The notes below the pieces were generated by a model. That model made no database searches, was not told where the DNA came from, and saw only the letters and a list, made by a program, of their open reading frames with translations. This document shows positions 27,742-36,857 of a stretch of DNA of 41,076 bases, in pieces. How positions within the stretch are numbered: position 1 is the stretch's first letter; the number at the start of each line of letters is the position of its first letter. The translations under genes were made by a program, and so were the position numbers. Where the stretch lies: assembly GCA_046086025.1 (NCBI GenBank), contig JBJSWT010000013.1, forward strand, positions 1 through 41,076, in the 5' to 3' direction. The stretch is from Actinomycetes bacterium. Lineage in GTDB: Bacteria; Actinomycetota; Actinomycetes; S36-B12; UBA5976.

Positions 27742-29284
27742 GAGAAAAATGTCTAACTCCAGTTACATACATGGTTAGACCTGCATTTTTTGCAAGAGCG
27801 ATAACTTCTTCATCATTTTTTGAACCACCGGGATGAACTACAGCACTTACTCCTGCTTTTATTAAAACTTCTAAGGCATCGGCAAATGGAAAAAACGCAT
27901 CACTTGCTGCGACACTATTTTTTGATCTTTCTTTTGCGCCTTCTACCGCTAATTTTGCAGCTGCAACTCTACTCACTTGACCCATGCCAACACCAACCAT
28001 GGCGCCATCTTTTGCTAAAACAATTGCGTTTGATTTTGGTGCTCTTACACTTCTCCAGGCAAATTCTAAATCCTTTAGAACACTCTCATTTGCTTTTTCT
28101 CCAGAAACTAATTTCCATTCCTCAGGATCATCTCCATAACTTTCAACATCATCAACAGTTTGCATTAAAACTCCACCAGAAACAGTTCTCCATTCAACAC
28201 GTTTACCCATGTGCGGACCTGAAATTTGAAGAATTCTTAAATTACTTTTTTGTTTCAAAATATCTAAAGCATCCTCATCAAATGCTGGAGCAACAATAAC
28301 TTCTGTAAACACATCACTAATTAGAGTTGCGGTTTTCTTATCAACTTTTCTATTGGTACCAATAACACCACCAAATGCTGAAATTGGATCTGAGGCTAAT
28401 GCTTTTTCAAAAGCTAAAGCTAAATCATTTGCTATTGCTAATCCGCATGGATTGGCATGTTTAATGATTACCGCGCATGGTTCAACATGATCAAAAGCAG
28501 CATTTCTGGCTGCATCTGCATCAATAAAATTGTTGTAAGACATTTCTTTTCCAGCTAATTGTTTAGCTTGTGCAATACCTTTTTCAGAACTAATCCCGGA
28601 ATATAAAGCCGCTGTTTGATGTGGATTTTCTCCATAACGTAAAACTTGAGTACGTTTAAAAGATGCCCCGACCCATTTCGGTGCGTCTTGTTCGTTAGTT
28701 ACTTTTCTTGAAAACCATCTTGCTATCAAAGTGTCATAAGTTGCTGTGTGAGAAAACGCTTCTGCTGACCATTGCATTCTTTGTTCACGAGAAATTCCAG
28801 AATCTAATTGATTAATTAAATTTTTATAATCATTGGGTGAAACTAAAACACAAACATGTTCAAAGTTCTTGGCCGCAGCTCTAATCAGAGCTACACCACC
28901 AATGTCTATTTGTTCAATGCAATCTTCAAAGTTTGCACCCGATGAAACAGTGTCTAAAAATGGATAAAGATTTACTACTACTAAATCAAATGGTTTTCCA
29001 CCTATTTTTTGTAATTCTTCATTATGTTGCGAATTATTTTGATCAACCAAAATAGCACCATGAATATTTGGATGCAAAGTTTTAACTCTGCCGCTTAATA
29101 TTTCAGGGCTATTTGTCACGTCACTTACTTTTGTTACTGGGATATTTAATTGAGTAATAAATTCTGCGGTTTTACCAGTGGAAATAATATCAATATTTTT
29201 ACTATGTAGAGCTTTGGCTAACTCTTCTAATCCATCTTTGTTGGAAACACTTATGAGGGCTCTGGTGATTTTCTTACTGGACAT
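27737..29284 (-). CDS. purH: Bifunctional AICAR formyltransferase / IMP cyclohydrolase
   Basis: MGS-like N-terminal domain (ALISVSNKDGL, VKTLHPNIHGGIL-like block) and the AICARFT domain. 515 aa. Confidence 0.95.
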   Translation of the reverse strand: MSSKKITRALISVSNKDGLEELAKALHSKNIDIISTGKTAEFITQLNIPVTKVSDVTNSPEILSGRVKTLHPNIHGAILVDQNNSQHNEELQKIGGKPFDLVVVNLYPFLDTVSSGANFEDCIEQIDIGGVALIRAAAKNFEHVCVLVSPNDYKNLINQLDSGISREQRMQWSAEAFSHTATYDTLIARWFSRKVTNEQDAPKWVGASFKRTQVLRYGENPHQTAALYSGISSEKGIAQAKQLAGKEMSYNNFIDADAARNAAFDHVEPCAVIIKHANPCGLAIANDLALAFEKALASDPISAFGGVIGTNRKVDKKTATLISDVFTEVIVAPAFDEDALDILKQKSNLRILQISGPHMGKRVEWRTVSGGVLMQTVDDVESYGDDPEEWKLVSGEKANESVLKDLEFAWRSVRAPKSNAIVLAKDGAMVGVGMGQVSRVAAAKLAVEGAKERSKNSVAASDAFFPFADALEVLIKAGVSAVVHPGGSKNDEEVIALAKNAGLTMYVTGVRHFSH

Positions 29285-29373
29285 ATTGATAAAGATTTCT
29301 CCTCACAAGGCTTTTTAACTAGTTAGCCATAGGAAGCCTACCTACAAGACTTTTGTTAGAAGTAATAGGTGTC

Positions 29374-30567
29374 TTAATTTTGGGAAAATCTAGGATCTAC
29401 TTGATCTTCTTCTATTTTGTTTCTATTTTTGGCACTTTGCCAAAGTAATATCAACGCAATAAAAAATGCTTCTCCGATTAAAAACCAAATCATACTTTTT
29501 TGAAACACTTCTTTAGAACTTACTCCAAAATTAAGTAAAAGATTACTTCCTAAAGATCCTGTACTTAAAAAACTTAAAAGAGATATGGCACTTGCGGTTC
29601 CAAGAGAAACAAACATTGCTGAAACAATCCAAATTCCAGGATTTTTATTCTTTGTGCTTATGGCTATTAAAATTCCAAAAAATATTGGTATGAAATAAAA
29701 ATATTTCATGTAACTTGGCAAAGTTGTTGGTACTAAGCCAAACCAGGGCCAAGCAGGTAGTTGGGCAATTGTTACTGAATTTAAATTAATACTAGAACCT
29801 GCCCCCAAAATAATTGTTGAGTTAGTTAAGAAAGCCCAAGCCCAAAGAATAAAATTAGGAAACCATCCGATTCCAGAAATAATTACGGCAATTATTGCTA
29901 CTACTCCACCTAAAAGAGATGATTGCATTAAAAGCATATTTTCATAATTAAATCCAATAGCCACCAAAATTAGAATCATTGATGCTAATAAAGCAAATAA
30001 ACTAAATCTAAAAATTAGTCTAATAATTCTCTTTATGGGTTCATCTAAATCATCGAATATTAAAGACCAAGTTCCACCTACTGTGCCAACTGCCAAAATT
30101 GACATAGAAATAACCATTATTGAGGGTTTGAGCATCACCTCTAGCCAATTAATATTTTCAGGACTTACTAAAAATCTCAAAAGTGCAATTACTAACCCAT
30201 ATGAAATAGAAGCAACACTTACAACTAGAAGTGAAATCAAAGTTGGTCGTTTCATTTCTTCATGCAAGGCAGATCTAATTGCCCATCTTGAAGATCTATA
30301 TAGAGAAATTAAGGTTATAAAAATAAAACCAAGAAATGGTAAAGAAAGAGTAACTGAATTAATTACTAATGGAACTCCTTGCATTGCTAAAAATCCCCAC
30401 ACGACAACTTTGAACGCATCAGCCAAAGTACTTGATCTATCTCCCGCTAAAATCCAAGTTGTAAAAACTAAAGTGACAGATAAACCAAAAGTAATTAAAA
30501 AAGTCCAGAATGTAACTAACAATCCAGCAACTACAACGTTATGACGTTGAACTGGTGAATCAGCCAC
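29374..30567 (-). CDS. Polytopic membrane protein, PerM-like (DUF6350) by position
   Basis: About ten TM helices. It lies between sucD and purH, exactly where M. tuberculosis has perM (Rv0955). No diagnostic motif is recognisable by eye. Confidence 0.5.
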   Translation of the reverse strand: MADSPVQRHNVVVAGLLVTFWTFLITFGLSVTLVFTTWILAGDRSSTLADAFKVVVWGFLAMQGVPLVINSVTLSLPFLGFIFITLISLYRSSRWAIRSALHEEMKRPTLISLLVVSVASISYGLVIALLRFLVSPENINWLEVMLKPSIMVISMSILAVGTVGGTWSLIFDDLDEPIKRIIRLIFRFSLFALLASMILILVAIGFNYENMLLMQSSLLGGVVAIIAVIISGIGWFPNFILWAWAFLTNSTIILGAGSSINLNSVTIAQLPAWPWFGLVPTTLPSYMKYFYFIPIFFGILIAISTKNKNPGIWIVSAMFVSLGTASAISLLSFLSTGSLGSNLLLNFGVSSKEVFQKSMIWFLIGEAFFIALILLWQSAKNRNKIEEDQVDPRFSQN

Positions 30568-30570
30568 AAT

Positions 30571-31449
30571 TTATTTTATGGCTGCGCGTAATAAAAGTGC
30601 TGTTTCACTTGGAGTTTTACCAACTTTTACTCCAACTTTTTCTAACGCAATCTTTTTGGCTTCTGCAGTTCCACTTGAACCAGAAACTATTGCACCTGCA
30701 TGTCCCATTGTTTTTCCTTCAGGTGCAGTAAAACCTGCCACATAAGCAACCACAGGTTTTGTGATGTTTTCTTTGATAAAGTCTGCAGCTCTTTCCTCTG
30801 CATCTCCACCAATTTCACCAATCATCACAATTGCTTTTGTTTCAGGATCTTTTTCAAATTCTCGTAAGGCATCAATATGAGTTGTACCAATTATTGGATC
30901 CCCGCCAATTCCAATAGCAGTAGTAAAACCTAAATCCCTTAATTCATACATCATTTGGTAAGTAAGAGTTCCTGATTTAGAAACTAAACCAATTATTCCC
31001 TTATTTGTAATATCTGCAGGAATAATGCCTGCATTACTTAAACTTGGTGAAATTATTCCTGGACAGTTTGGACCAATAATTCTTGTTTTGCCAACTTTTT
31101 GAGAATAGGCAAAAAAGTTTGCGGTGTCATGAACTGGTATTCCTTCTGTAATAACTACAACAAGTGGCATGAATGCATCAATTGCTTCAATAACGGCAGC
31201 TTTAGCAAATTTTGGAGGAACAAAAACCACAGAAACATTTGCACCAGTTTCATCCATTGCTTCTTTTACTGAATTAAAAATTGGTAGATTTTTACCGGCA
31301 ATTTCTAAAGTTTGTCCACCTTTTCCTGGTGTTACACCTGCAACTATTTGAGTTCCAGATTTAATCATTCGTTCGCTATGTTTTTTACCTTCAGCACCAG
31401 TCATACCTTGCACAATTACTTTGCTGTTTTTATCTAAAAAAATTGCCAT
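30571..31449 (-). CDS. sucD: Succinyl-CoA ligase alpha subunit
   Basis: CoA-binding N-terminus ([11 protein letters not shown]) and phosphohistidine loop [10 protein letters not shown]. Confidence 0.95.
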   Translation of the reverse strand: MAIFLDKNSKVIVQGMTGAEGKKHSERMIKSGTQIVAGVTPGKGGQTLEIAGKNLPIFNSVKEAMDETGANVSVVFVPPKFAKAAVIEAIDAFMPLVVVITEGIPVHDTANFFAYSQKVGKTRIIGPNCPGIISPSLSNAGIIPADITNKGIIGLVSKSGTLTYQMMYELRDLGFTTAIGIGGDPIIGTTHIDALREFEKDPETKAIVMIGEIGGDAEERAADFIKENITKPVVAYVAGFTAPEGKTMGHAGAIVSGSSGTAEAKKIALEKVGVKVGKTPSETALLLRAAIK

Positions 31450-32627
31450 TATTTACTACCTGCTGCTAGTTGTGCAGCTTTTGCTGCAGCATTATCCATG
31501 GTGTCAACTATTTCTACATTTTCTATGTTGGCACTTTTTAAAATTCTTAAACCTTCTTGGGCATTGTTTCCATCAAGTCGGACCACAATTGGTCTTGGCT
31601 TAATTGTTGAATCATTTTTTAGTATTTCTAGTGCTTGAACAATTCCGTTAGCAACAGCATCACAAGCTGTAATGCCACCAAATACATTTACAAAAACGGA
31701 TTTAACCGAAGGATCAGACAAGATAATTCCTAAACCATCTGCCATTACTTGAGCAGATGCTCCTCCGCCAATATCAAGAAAGTTTGCTGGTTTTACTTTT
31801 CCAAATTTTTCACCAGCATAAGCAACCACATCTAAAGTGCTCATCACTAAACCTGCACCATTACCAATTATTCCAACTGAACCATCAAGTTTTACATAAT
31901 TTAAATCTTTTTCTTTTGCTCTGGTTTCTAGTGGATCAACATTTGCAGTATCTATGAATTTCTCAAAATCAGGATGTCTAAATAAAGCATTATCATCAAG
32001 TGTGACTTTTCCATCTAACGCAATTATTCGATCATCATTTGTTCTTACCAAAGGATTTATTTCTATTAATGTCGCATCAATTTGAGTAAACGCTTGCCAC
32101 ATTTTTTCAACCAGTTCTGCAACTTGATCTAAAACCTCTGTTGGAATTCCTGCTTTTTGGGCTATCTCTTTAGCTTTTAAATTATCTACCCCAGTGATTG
32201 GATTTATAGAAATTTTGGCAAGTTTTTCTGGTGTTTTTGCAGCAACTTCTTCAATATCCATTCCGCCTGCCACACTTGCCATTGCTAAGAAAGTTCTATT
32301 GGTTCGATCTAACAAAAATGAAACGTAATATTCTTCCTTAATATCTTCTGCTGGAGTAATAAGTACTTTTTTAACAATATGACCTTTGATATCTAAACCT
32401 AAAATATTTTTAGCTTTTTCAAAAGCTTCTTCAGGATTATTTGCAAGCTTTACTCCACCTGCTTTTCCTCTACCCCCAGTTTTTACTTGTGCTTTTACTA
32501 CAACTGGTTTATTAAATTCTTGGGCTGCTTTTTTTGCTTCTTCTGGATTGGTTACAACTTTTCCAACTTGAGTGGAGATTTGATTGAGTGCAAATAATTC
32601 TTTTGCTTGGTATTCGTATAAATCCAC
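31449..32627 (-). CDS. sucC: Succinyl-CoA ligase beta subunit
   Basis: ATP-grasp N-terminus [12 protein letters not shown] and the [10 protein letters not shown] loop. GTG start with AGGGAG upstream. It overlaps sucD by 1 nt. Confidence 0.95.
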   Translation of the reverse strand: MDLYEYQAKELFALNQISTQVGKVVTNPEEAKKAAQEFNKPVVVKAQVKTGGRGKAGGVKLANNPEEAFEKAKNILGLDIKGHIVKKVLITPAEDIKEEYYVSFLLDRTNRTFLAMASVAGGMDIEEVAAKTPEKLAKISINPITGVDNLKAKEIAQKAGIPTEVLDQVAELVEKMWQAFTQIDATLIEINPLVRTNDDRIIALDGKVTLDDNALFRHPDFEKFIDTANVDPLETRAKEKDLNYVKLDGSVGIIGNGAGLVMSTLDVVAYAGEKFGKVKPANFLDIGGGASAQVMADGLGIILSDPSVKSVFVNVFGGITACDAVANGIVQALEILKNDSTIKPRPIVVRLDGNNAQEGLRILKSANIENVEIVDTMDNAAAKAAQLAAGSK

Positions 32628-32657
32628 GATTTTTTTCTCAAACTCCCTATTAGTTTT

Positions 32658-32677
32658 ATAAGCCTAGATAAGCCTAT
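32658..32677. repeat. Tandem 10-bp direct repeat ATAAGCCTAG / ATAAGCCTAT in the sucC-M23 divergent region
   Basis: Read directly from the sequence. It overlaps the first copy of a longer spaced motif, AGATAA-N7-GAACCCCA (32666-32686), which recurs as AGATAA-N5-GAACCCCA (32715-32733). Confidence 0.5.
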
Positions 32678-32740
32678 TGAACCCCACTAATCTTTTGTAT
32701 CTTGAGTGCAAATGAGATAAATCACGAACCCCATGTGTTA

Positions 32741-32755
32741 CAGATGTGACATCTG
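32741..32755. promoter_or_regulatory. Perfect 15-bp palindrome CAGATGTGACATCTG, 18 nt upstream of the M23 peptidase start
   Basis: Read directly: CAGATGT-G-ACATCTG. Function unknown; candidate operator for the M23 gene or for the divergent sucCD genes. Confidence 0.3.
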
Positions 32756-32772
32756 GCATGGTTGAGTAGACG

Positions 32773-33504
32773 ATGATGAAACTGAAAGCACCAAATAATC
32801 GTTGGCTCTCAGGTGGAATCCTGGTAGTTGCAATTGGTTTAACAATTGCAATGGCTTTGCCATCTAATTTTTCTGCATCAAGTGAACCAGTTGTTGTTGC
32901 TGATGCTCCACAAGAATTATCTGTTGCAAATCAAGATGTTGGTGCAGCTGAGTTACCAATTATTGAAAAACCAATTACTGCCAAATTAGGTGCTCCTGCC
33001 ACTGTAGAAAAAATTCAAAGATTTAAAGATCAAGCAGCAGTAATTGCTGCTAGAGAGCAAGCAAGAATTGCTGCGGAAAAAGCAAAACAAGCTGCAGAAA
33101 GAAGAGCGTTAAGAGCTAAATACACAGTTAATCCTGCTCGAGCAAGAATTTCTGTTCCTTATGGAAGAAGAGGAAGAATTTGGGATTTAGGTTGGCATAC
33201 CGGAACTGATTTCAATGGCAATTACGGTGATCCTGTTTATTCAGCAAGAGTGGGCACAGTTTTATTTACCGGATGGCGTCCTTCTTATGGAAGAACAATT
33301 GAAATTAAACATCCAGATGGTGCTGTGACAAGATATGCGCATTTGTCTCGAATCAGAGTAAATCCAGGAGATGAAGTTGATGTTGGGCAAAGAATTGGAA
33401 ATATCGGAGCATCTGGAAAAGCATTTGGAGCACACTTACATTTTGAAGTATTAGTTAATGGAAGTTTCAGAAATCCTTGGGTTTGGTTGTGGGGTAAAGA
33501 TTAA
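32773..33504 (+). CDS. M23-family metallopeptidase (peptidoglycan endopeptidase), membrane-anchored or secreted
   Basis: N-terminal TM helix, a charged coiled segment, then M23 motifs WHTGTDF (HxxxD) and GAHLHFEV (HxH). Positional equivalent of Rv0950c next to uvrD1/pcrA. Confidence 0.88.
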   Translation: MMKLKAPNNRWLSGGILVVAIGLTIAMALPSNFSASSEPVVVADAPQELSVANQDVGAAELPIIEKPITAKLGAPATVEKIQRFKDQAAVIAAREQARIAAEKAKQAAERRALRAKYTVNPARARISVPYGRRGRIWDLGWHTGTDFNGNYGDPVYSARVGTVLFTGWRPSYGRTIEIKHPDGAVTRYAHLSRIRVNPGDEVDVGQRIGNIGASGKAFGAHLHFEVLVNGSFRNPWVWLWGKD

Positions 33505-35724
33505 TTAAAGTTTTTCAACAGGTGCATATCTTAAAAGAAGTCTTTTTGTGCCGTGTGATCCAAAATCAATTGTGGCTTCTGAACCTTCGCCACTTCCAGC
33601 AGTTTCTTTAACAGTTCCTAATCCAAATCTTTCATGTAAAACTTTATCTCCAGGATTTAAAACTAAATATTGTTTTTCAACTCTTGGTTTACTTGCTTTA
33701 ACCATAGATGGTGCAGCACCAAAACCACCTGCCGAATAACTTTCACTCATTGGCTCAAGTCTTTGCCAACTAATTAATGAGGCAGGAATTTCATCTAAGA
33801 ATCTGGAACTTGAATTATAAGATGGTGCTCCCCAAACTGATCTTGAAATTGATCTTGTGACATAAAGTCTTTCTCTAGCTCTGGTAATTCCAACATAAGC
33901 AAGTCTTCTTTCTTCAGCTAATTCTTTGTCATTAACTTGAGATCTAGAATGAGGAAAAATTCCTTCTTCCATTCCAGTTAAAAACGTAATAGGAAATTCC
34001 AAACCTTTTGCAGTATGAAGTGTCATCAATGTAACTAATCCTTCATTGTTTCCTGGCACATCATCTGAATCTGCTACCAATGACACATGCTCCAAAAATT
34101 GAGCTAAACCGTTTTCGCCAACACTATTAGCATTTTCAAATTCTCTTGCCACAGATTCAAGTTCTGTTAAATTTTCAACTCTACTTTGGTCTTGAGGATC
34201 TTCTGAATTAAATAAGATTTCTAAGTAACTAGATTTTTCTAAAACAGCATGAACTATTTCTGAAGGTTTTGCATCTTTTAAAAACATCTCCCTAAACACA
34301 TTCATCATTTGGGCAAAATCAATTAAAGCTGCTCTTGCTTTAGGGGTAAGTTCACTTATTTTTTCAGCATTTTGAATAGCTTGACCATAGGTTAATTTAT
34401 TTTTCCTAGCAAATAAATCAATTATTTCCTCTGCTTTTTCACCTATGCCTCTTTTGGGAACATTTATTATTCTTCTTATTGATAATTCGTCATCAAAATT
34501 AATCACAGCGCGTAAATACGCTAAAACATCTTTAACTTCTTTTCGTTCATAAAACTTTAATCCTCCAACGACTCTGTAAGGAATACCAATTCTTATGAAT
34601 ACTTCTTCAAAAGCTCTTGATTGATTATTAGTTCTATAAAAAACTGAGATTTGACCATATTTGTATTCAAACTCTTCCCTTAATTTTTCTATTTCTAAAG
34701 CAACAAATGATGCTTCATCGTGTTCATTATCTGCAACGTAACCAACTATAGGTTCTCCTTGCCCTGCATCGGTCCAAAGTTTTTTCTCTCTTCTTTCTGC
34801 ATTTTGAGAAATAACAGAATTTGCCGCAGTTAAAATATTTTGGGTGGATCGATAATTTTGTTCTAATAAAATAGTTTTAGCATTTGGATAATCTCTTTCA
34901 AATTCTTCAATATTTCTTATAGTTGCTCCACGAAATGCATAAATTGATTGATCAGCATCTCCCACTACACAAAGTTCAGCAGGAGGCAATCCATCTTTTT
35001 CTGTTCCAACTAATTCTTTAATCAAAATATATTGAGCATGATTTGTATCTTGATATTCATCAACCAAAATATGTTTAAATCTATGACGATACTTTTGTTT
35101 AATATCTGGAAAAAGTTGTAAAAGTGCAACTGTGGCACCGATTAAATCGTCAAAATCAAATGCGTTTGCTCTGGCTAATCTTTGGTCATATTCGGAATAA
35201 ACTTGCCCAACTAGTCTTTCTTGTTCAGATTCAGCTTTACTCATATATGTTTCATGATCAATTAATTCACTTTTTGCATTGGAGATTTGTGCAGCTAAAG
35301 ATCTTGGGCTTAAAACTTTAGAATTAATTTCTAAACCTGCAGCAACCATCGTGACTAACCTCAGGGAATCTTGAGAATCATAAATAGAAAAAGTGGAGGT
35401 TCGACCTAACTTTTGAGCATCTGCTCTTAAGAATCGAACACAGGCTGAGTGAAATGTGGAAACTTGCATAAGTTTTGCTTTGTTTCCAACCAGGTCCAAA
35501 ACTCTTTCTTTCATTTCTCCAGCTGCCTTATTAGTAAAAGTTATGGCCAGAATTTCTTGAGGAGATACACCTCGATCACTTAATAAATAGGCAATTCTTC
35601 TAGTTAAAACTCTTGTTTTTCCAGAACCTGCTCCTGCCACAATTAAAAGAGGTGAGCCTTTATGCATCACCGCTGCTTTTTGCTGGGGATTTAAATCATC
35701 TAAAGCCGATTGAGTTTGAGACAC
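33505..35724 (-). CDS. pcrA: ATP-dependent DNA helicase PcrA/UvrD1
   Basis: SF1 helicase motifs AGAGSGKT, DEYQDTN, VGDADQSIYAFRGA and TLHTAKGLEF, plus a C-terminal Tudor-like tail (GDKVLHERFGLGTV). Confidence 0.95.
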   Translation of the reverse strand: MSQTQSALDDLNPQQKAAVMHKGSPLLIVAGAGSGKTRVLTRRIAYLLSDRGVSPQEILAITFTNKAAGEMKERVLDLVGNKAKLMQVSTFHSACVRFLRADAQKLGRTSTFSIYDSQDSLRLVTMVAAGLEINSKVLSPRSLAAQISNAKSELIDHETYMSKAESEQERLVGQVYSEYDQRLARANAFDFDDLIGATVALLQLFPDIKQKYRHRFKHILVDEYQDTNHAQYILIKELVGTEKDGLPPAELCVVGDADQSIYAFRGATIRNIEEFERDYPNAKTILLEQNYRSTQNILTAANSVISQNAERREKKLWTDAGQGEPIVGYVADNEHDEASFVALEIEKLREEFEYKYGQISVFYRTNNQSRAFEEVFIRIGIPYRVVGGLKFYERKEVKDVLAYLRAVINFDDELSIRRIINVPKRGIGEKAEEIIDLFARKNKLTYGQAIQNAEKISELTPKARAALIDFAQMMNVFREMFLKDAKPSEIVHAVLEKSSYLEILFNSEDPQDQSRVENLTELESVAREFENANSVGENGLAQFLEHVSLVADSDDVPGNNEGLVTLMTLHTAKGLEFPITFLTGMEEGIFPHSRSQVNDKELAEERRLAYVGITRARERLYVTRSISRSVWGAPSYNSSSRFLDEIPASLISWQRLEPMSESYSAGGFGAAPSMVKASKPRVEKQYLVLNPGDKVLHERFGLGTVKETAGSGEGSEATIDFGSHGTKRLLLRYAPVEKL

Positions 35725-35747
35725 TGCTTAAGTCTAAATTGTTCTAT

Positions 35748-36485
35748 ATGACTTCGCCTGTTCTAACACCTCTGGAATTTCCTCAACCTGGTTCAAAAGT
35801 ATTAGTAATTACTGCTCATCCAGATGATGTCGATTTTGGTGCTGCAGGAACTATCGCTTTATTAGTTCAAAGTGGCGTAGAAGTTAGCTATTGCATCACC
35901 ACAGATGGTCATCAAGGTGGCGAAGATGCAAGTATTTCAAGAGATGAAATGAGAAAAATTCGTCGTAAAGAACAAAGTGATGCTGCAAGAGTTTTAGGAG
36001 TTAAAGAAGTAATTTATTTAGGCAAAGACGATGGTTCAATTGTGCCTACTCTTTCGTTACGAGAAGAATTTGTAAAAGTAATTCGAAAAGTAAAACCAGA
36101 TGTATTAATAACTCAATCTCCTGAAAGAAACTGGGCCAGAATGCCAGCTTCTCACCCAGATCATTTGGCAGTTGGAGAAACTGCAATTCAAGCTGTTTAT
36201 CCAGATGCCAGAAATCAATTTGCTTTTCCCCATTTATTAAAAGAAGGTTTAGAACCTTGGAGTGTGCCATTAATTTGGGTGATGTCTCATCATTCCCCAA
36301 GTAATTTTGTAGAAATAACACATGTAGTTGAAAAAAAGTTTGAAGCACTAGAACAACATGTATCACAAACTGCTCATGTAAAAGATTTAAGAGAACGAGT
36401 TACCAGTTGGATGACTTTAGCTGCAAAAGCAGCTAACTTACCGGAAGGTAAGTTAGCTGAAATGTTTTTTGTAGTTAATGCTTAA
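35748..36485 (+). CDS. PIG-L/LmbE-family N-acetylglucosaminyl deacetylase (MshB/Mca-like)
   Basis: VLVITAHPDDVDFGAAGT (AHPDD zinc motif) and HPDH. The track ORF start 35613 overlaps pcrA by 112 nt on the other strand. I use ATG 35748, 23 nt from the pcrA start. Confidence 0.8.
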   Translation: MTSPVLTPLEFPQPGSKVLVITAHPDDVDFGAAGTIALLVQSGVEVSYCITTDGHQGGEDASISRDEMRKIRRKEQSDAARVLGVKEVIYLGKDDGSIVPTLSLREEFVKVIRKVKPDVLITQSPERNWARMPASHPDHLAVGETAIQAVYPDARNQFAFPHLLKEGLEPWSVPLIWVMSHHSPSNFVEITHVVEKKFEALEQHVSQTAHVKDLRERVTSWMTLAAKAANLPEGKLAEMFFVVNA

Positions 36486-36829
36486 ATATAAACTGCAATT
36501 GCCATATTGGCTAAAGTTAATAAACCAATACTTAACCAAATTGAATTTGAAACAGAAGATTTCTTTCTGTTTACAAAAACAATTCCTGTAATTACTAAAA
36601 CAATCAGTAATTTAATACTGATTTTGGTCATGTTTAAATCTTCCTCAACCACACCAGTTTCTGCCAAACCAACCATGACAAGGCCTGTAACTAATTGAGT
36701 AAGGGAGCCATGAAACATGGCAGGGTTTACAACTTTAGTTGCTGAACTCATTTGCACAAAGAATCCACCAAACAATGCTGCTAAACCAATAAAGTGCAAT
36801 AGAACTAACGTGTTATAAATTATTTCCAT
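36482..36829 (-). CDS. Small integral membrane protein of unknown function (four predicted TM helices)
   Basis: 115-aa ORF with four hydrophobic segments, 28 nt downstream of guaB3 on the same strand. No family recognised. Confidence 0.55.
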   Translation of the reverse strand: MEIIYNTLVLLHFIGLAALFGGFFVQMSSATKVVNPAMFHGSLTQLVTGLVMVGLAETGVVEEDLNMTKISIKLLIVLVITGIVFVNRKKSSVSNSIWLSIGLLTLANMAIAVYI

Positions 36830-36857
36830 ACTTTGATACTAACTTAAAAATTAAATT

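Noticed and set aside
27820-28299. 159-aa plus-strand ORF rich in Leu, His and Gln, inside purH. The same applies to these other embedded track ORFs: 2373-2726, 4271-4546, 4516-4785, 10279-10617, 30035-30544, 36046-36366, 37178-37426, 39751-39948, 1927-2124 and 8531-8773.
   Set aside because: All are nested, antisense or out of frame, within genes that have clear family motifs. Their low-complexity composition is typical of shadow frames in AT-rich DNA, and none has its own intergenic space.
29285-29373. Inverted repeat AGGCTT...AAGCCT and the TAACTAGTTA palindrome between the PerM-like gene and purH
   Set aside because: The stem is 6 bp with a loop of about 20 nt and no U-tract. It is not distinguishable from chance.
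32628-32772. Possible cyclic-di-AMP (ydaO-type) riboswitch upstream of the M23 cell-wall hydrolase, as seen before some actinobacterial hydrolase genes
   Set aside because: The plus strand has no GGGG/ACGGGG-type conserved blocks, only CCCC runs, and the spacer is barely long enough. The repeats look like protein-binding sites instead.
35613-35747. N-terminal 45 codons of the track ORF for the PIG-L deacetylase
   Set aside because: This stretch overlaps the 5' end of pcrA on the other strand, which encodes the helicase N-terminus up to its Walker A motif. The PIG-L fold begins just after ATG 35748, so the extension is most likely an open-frame artefact.
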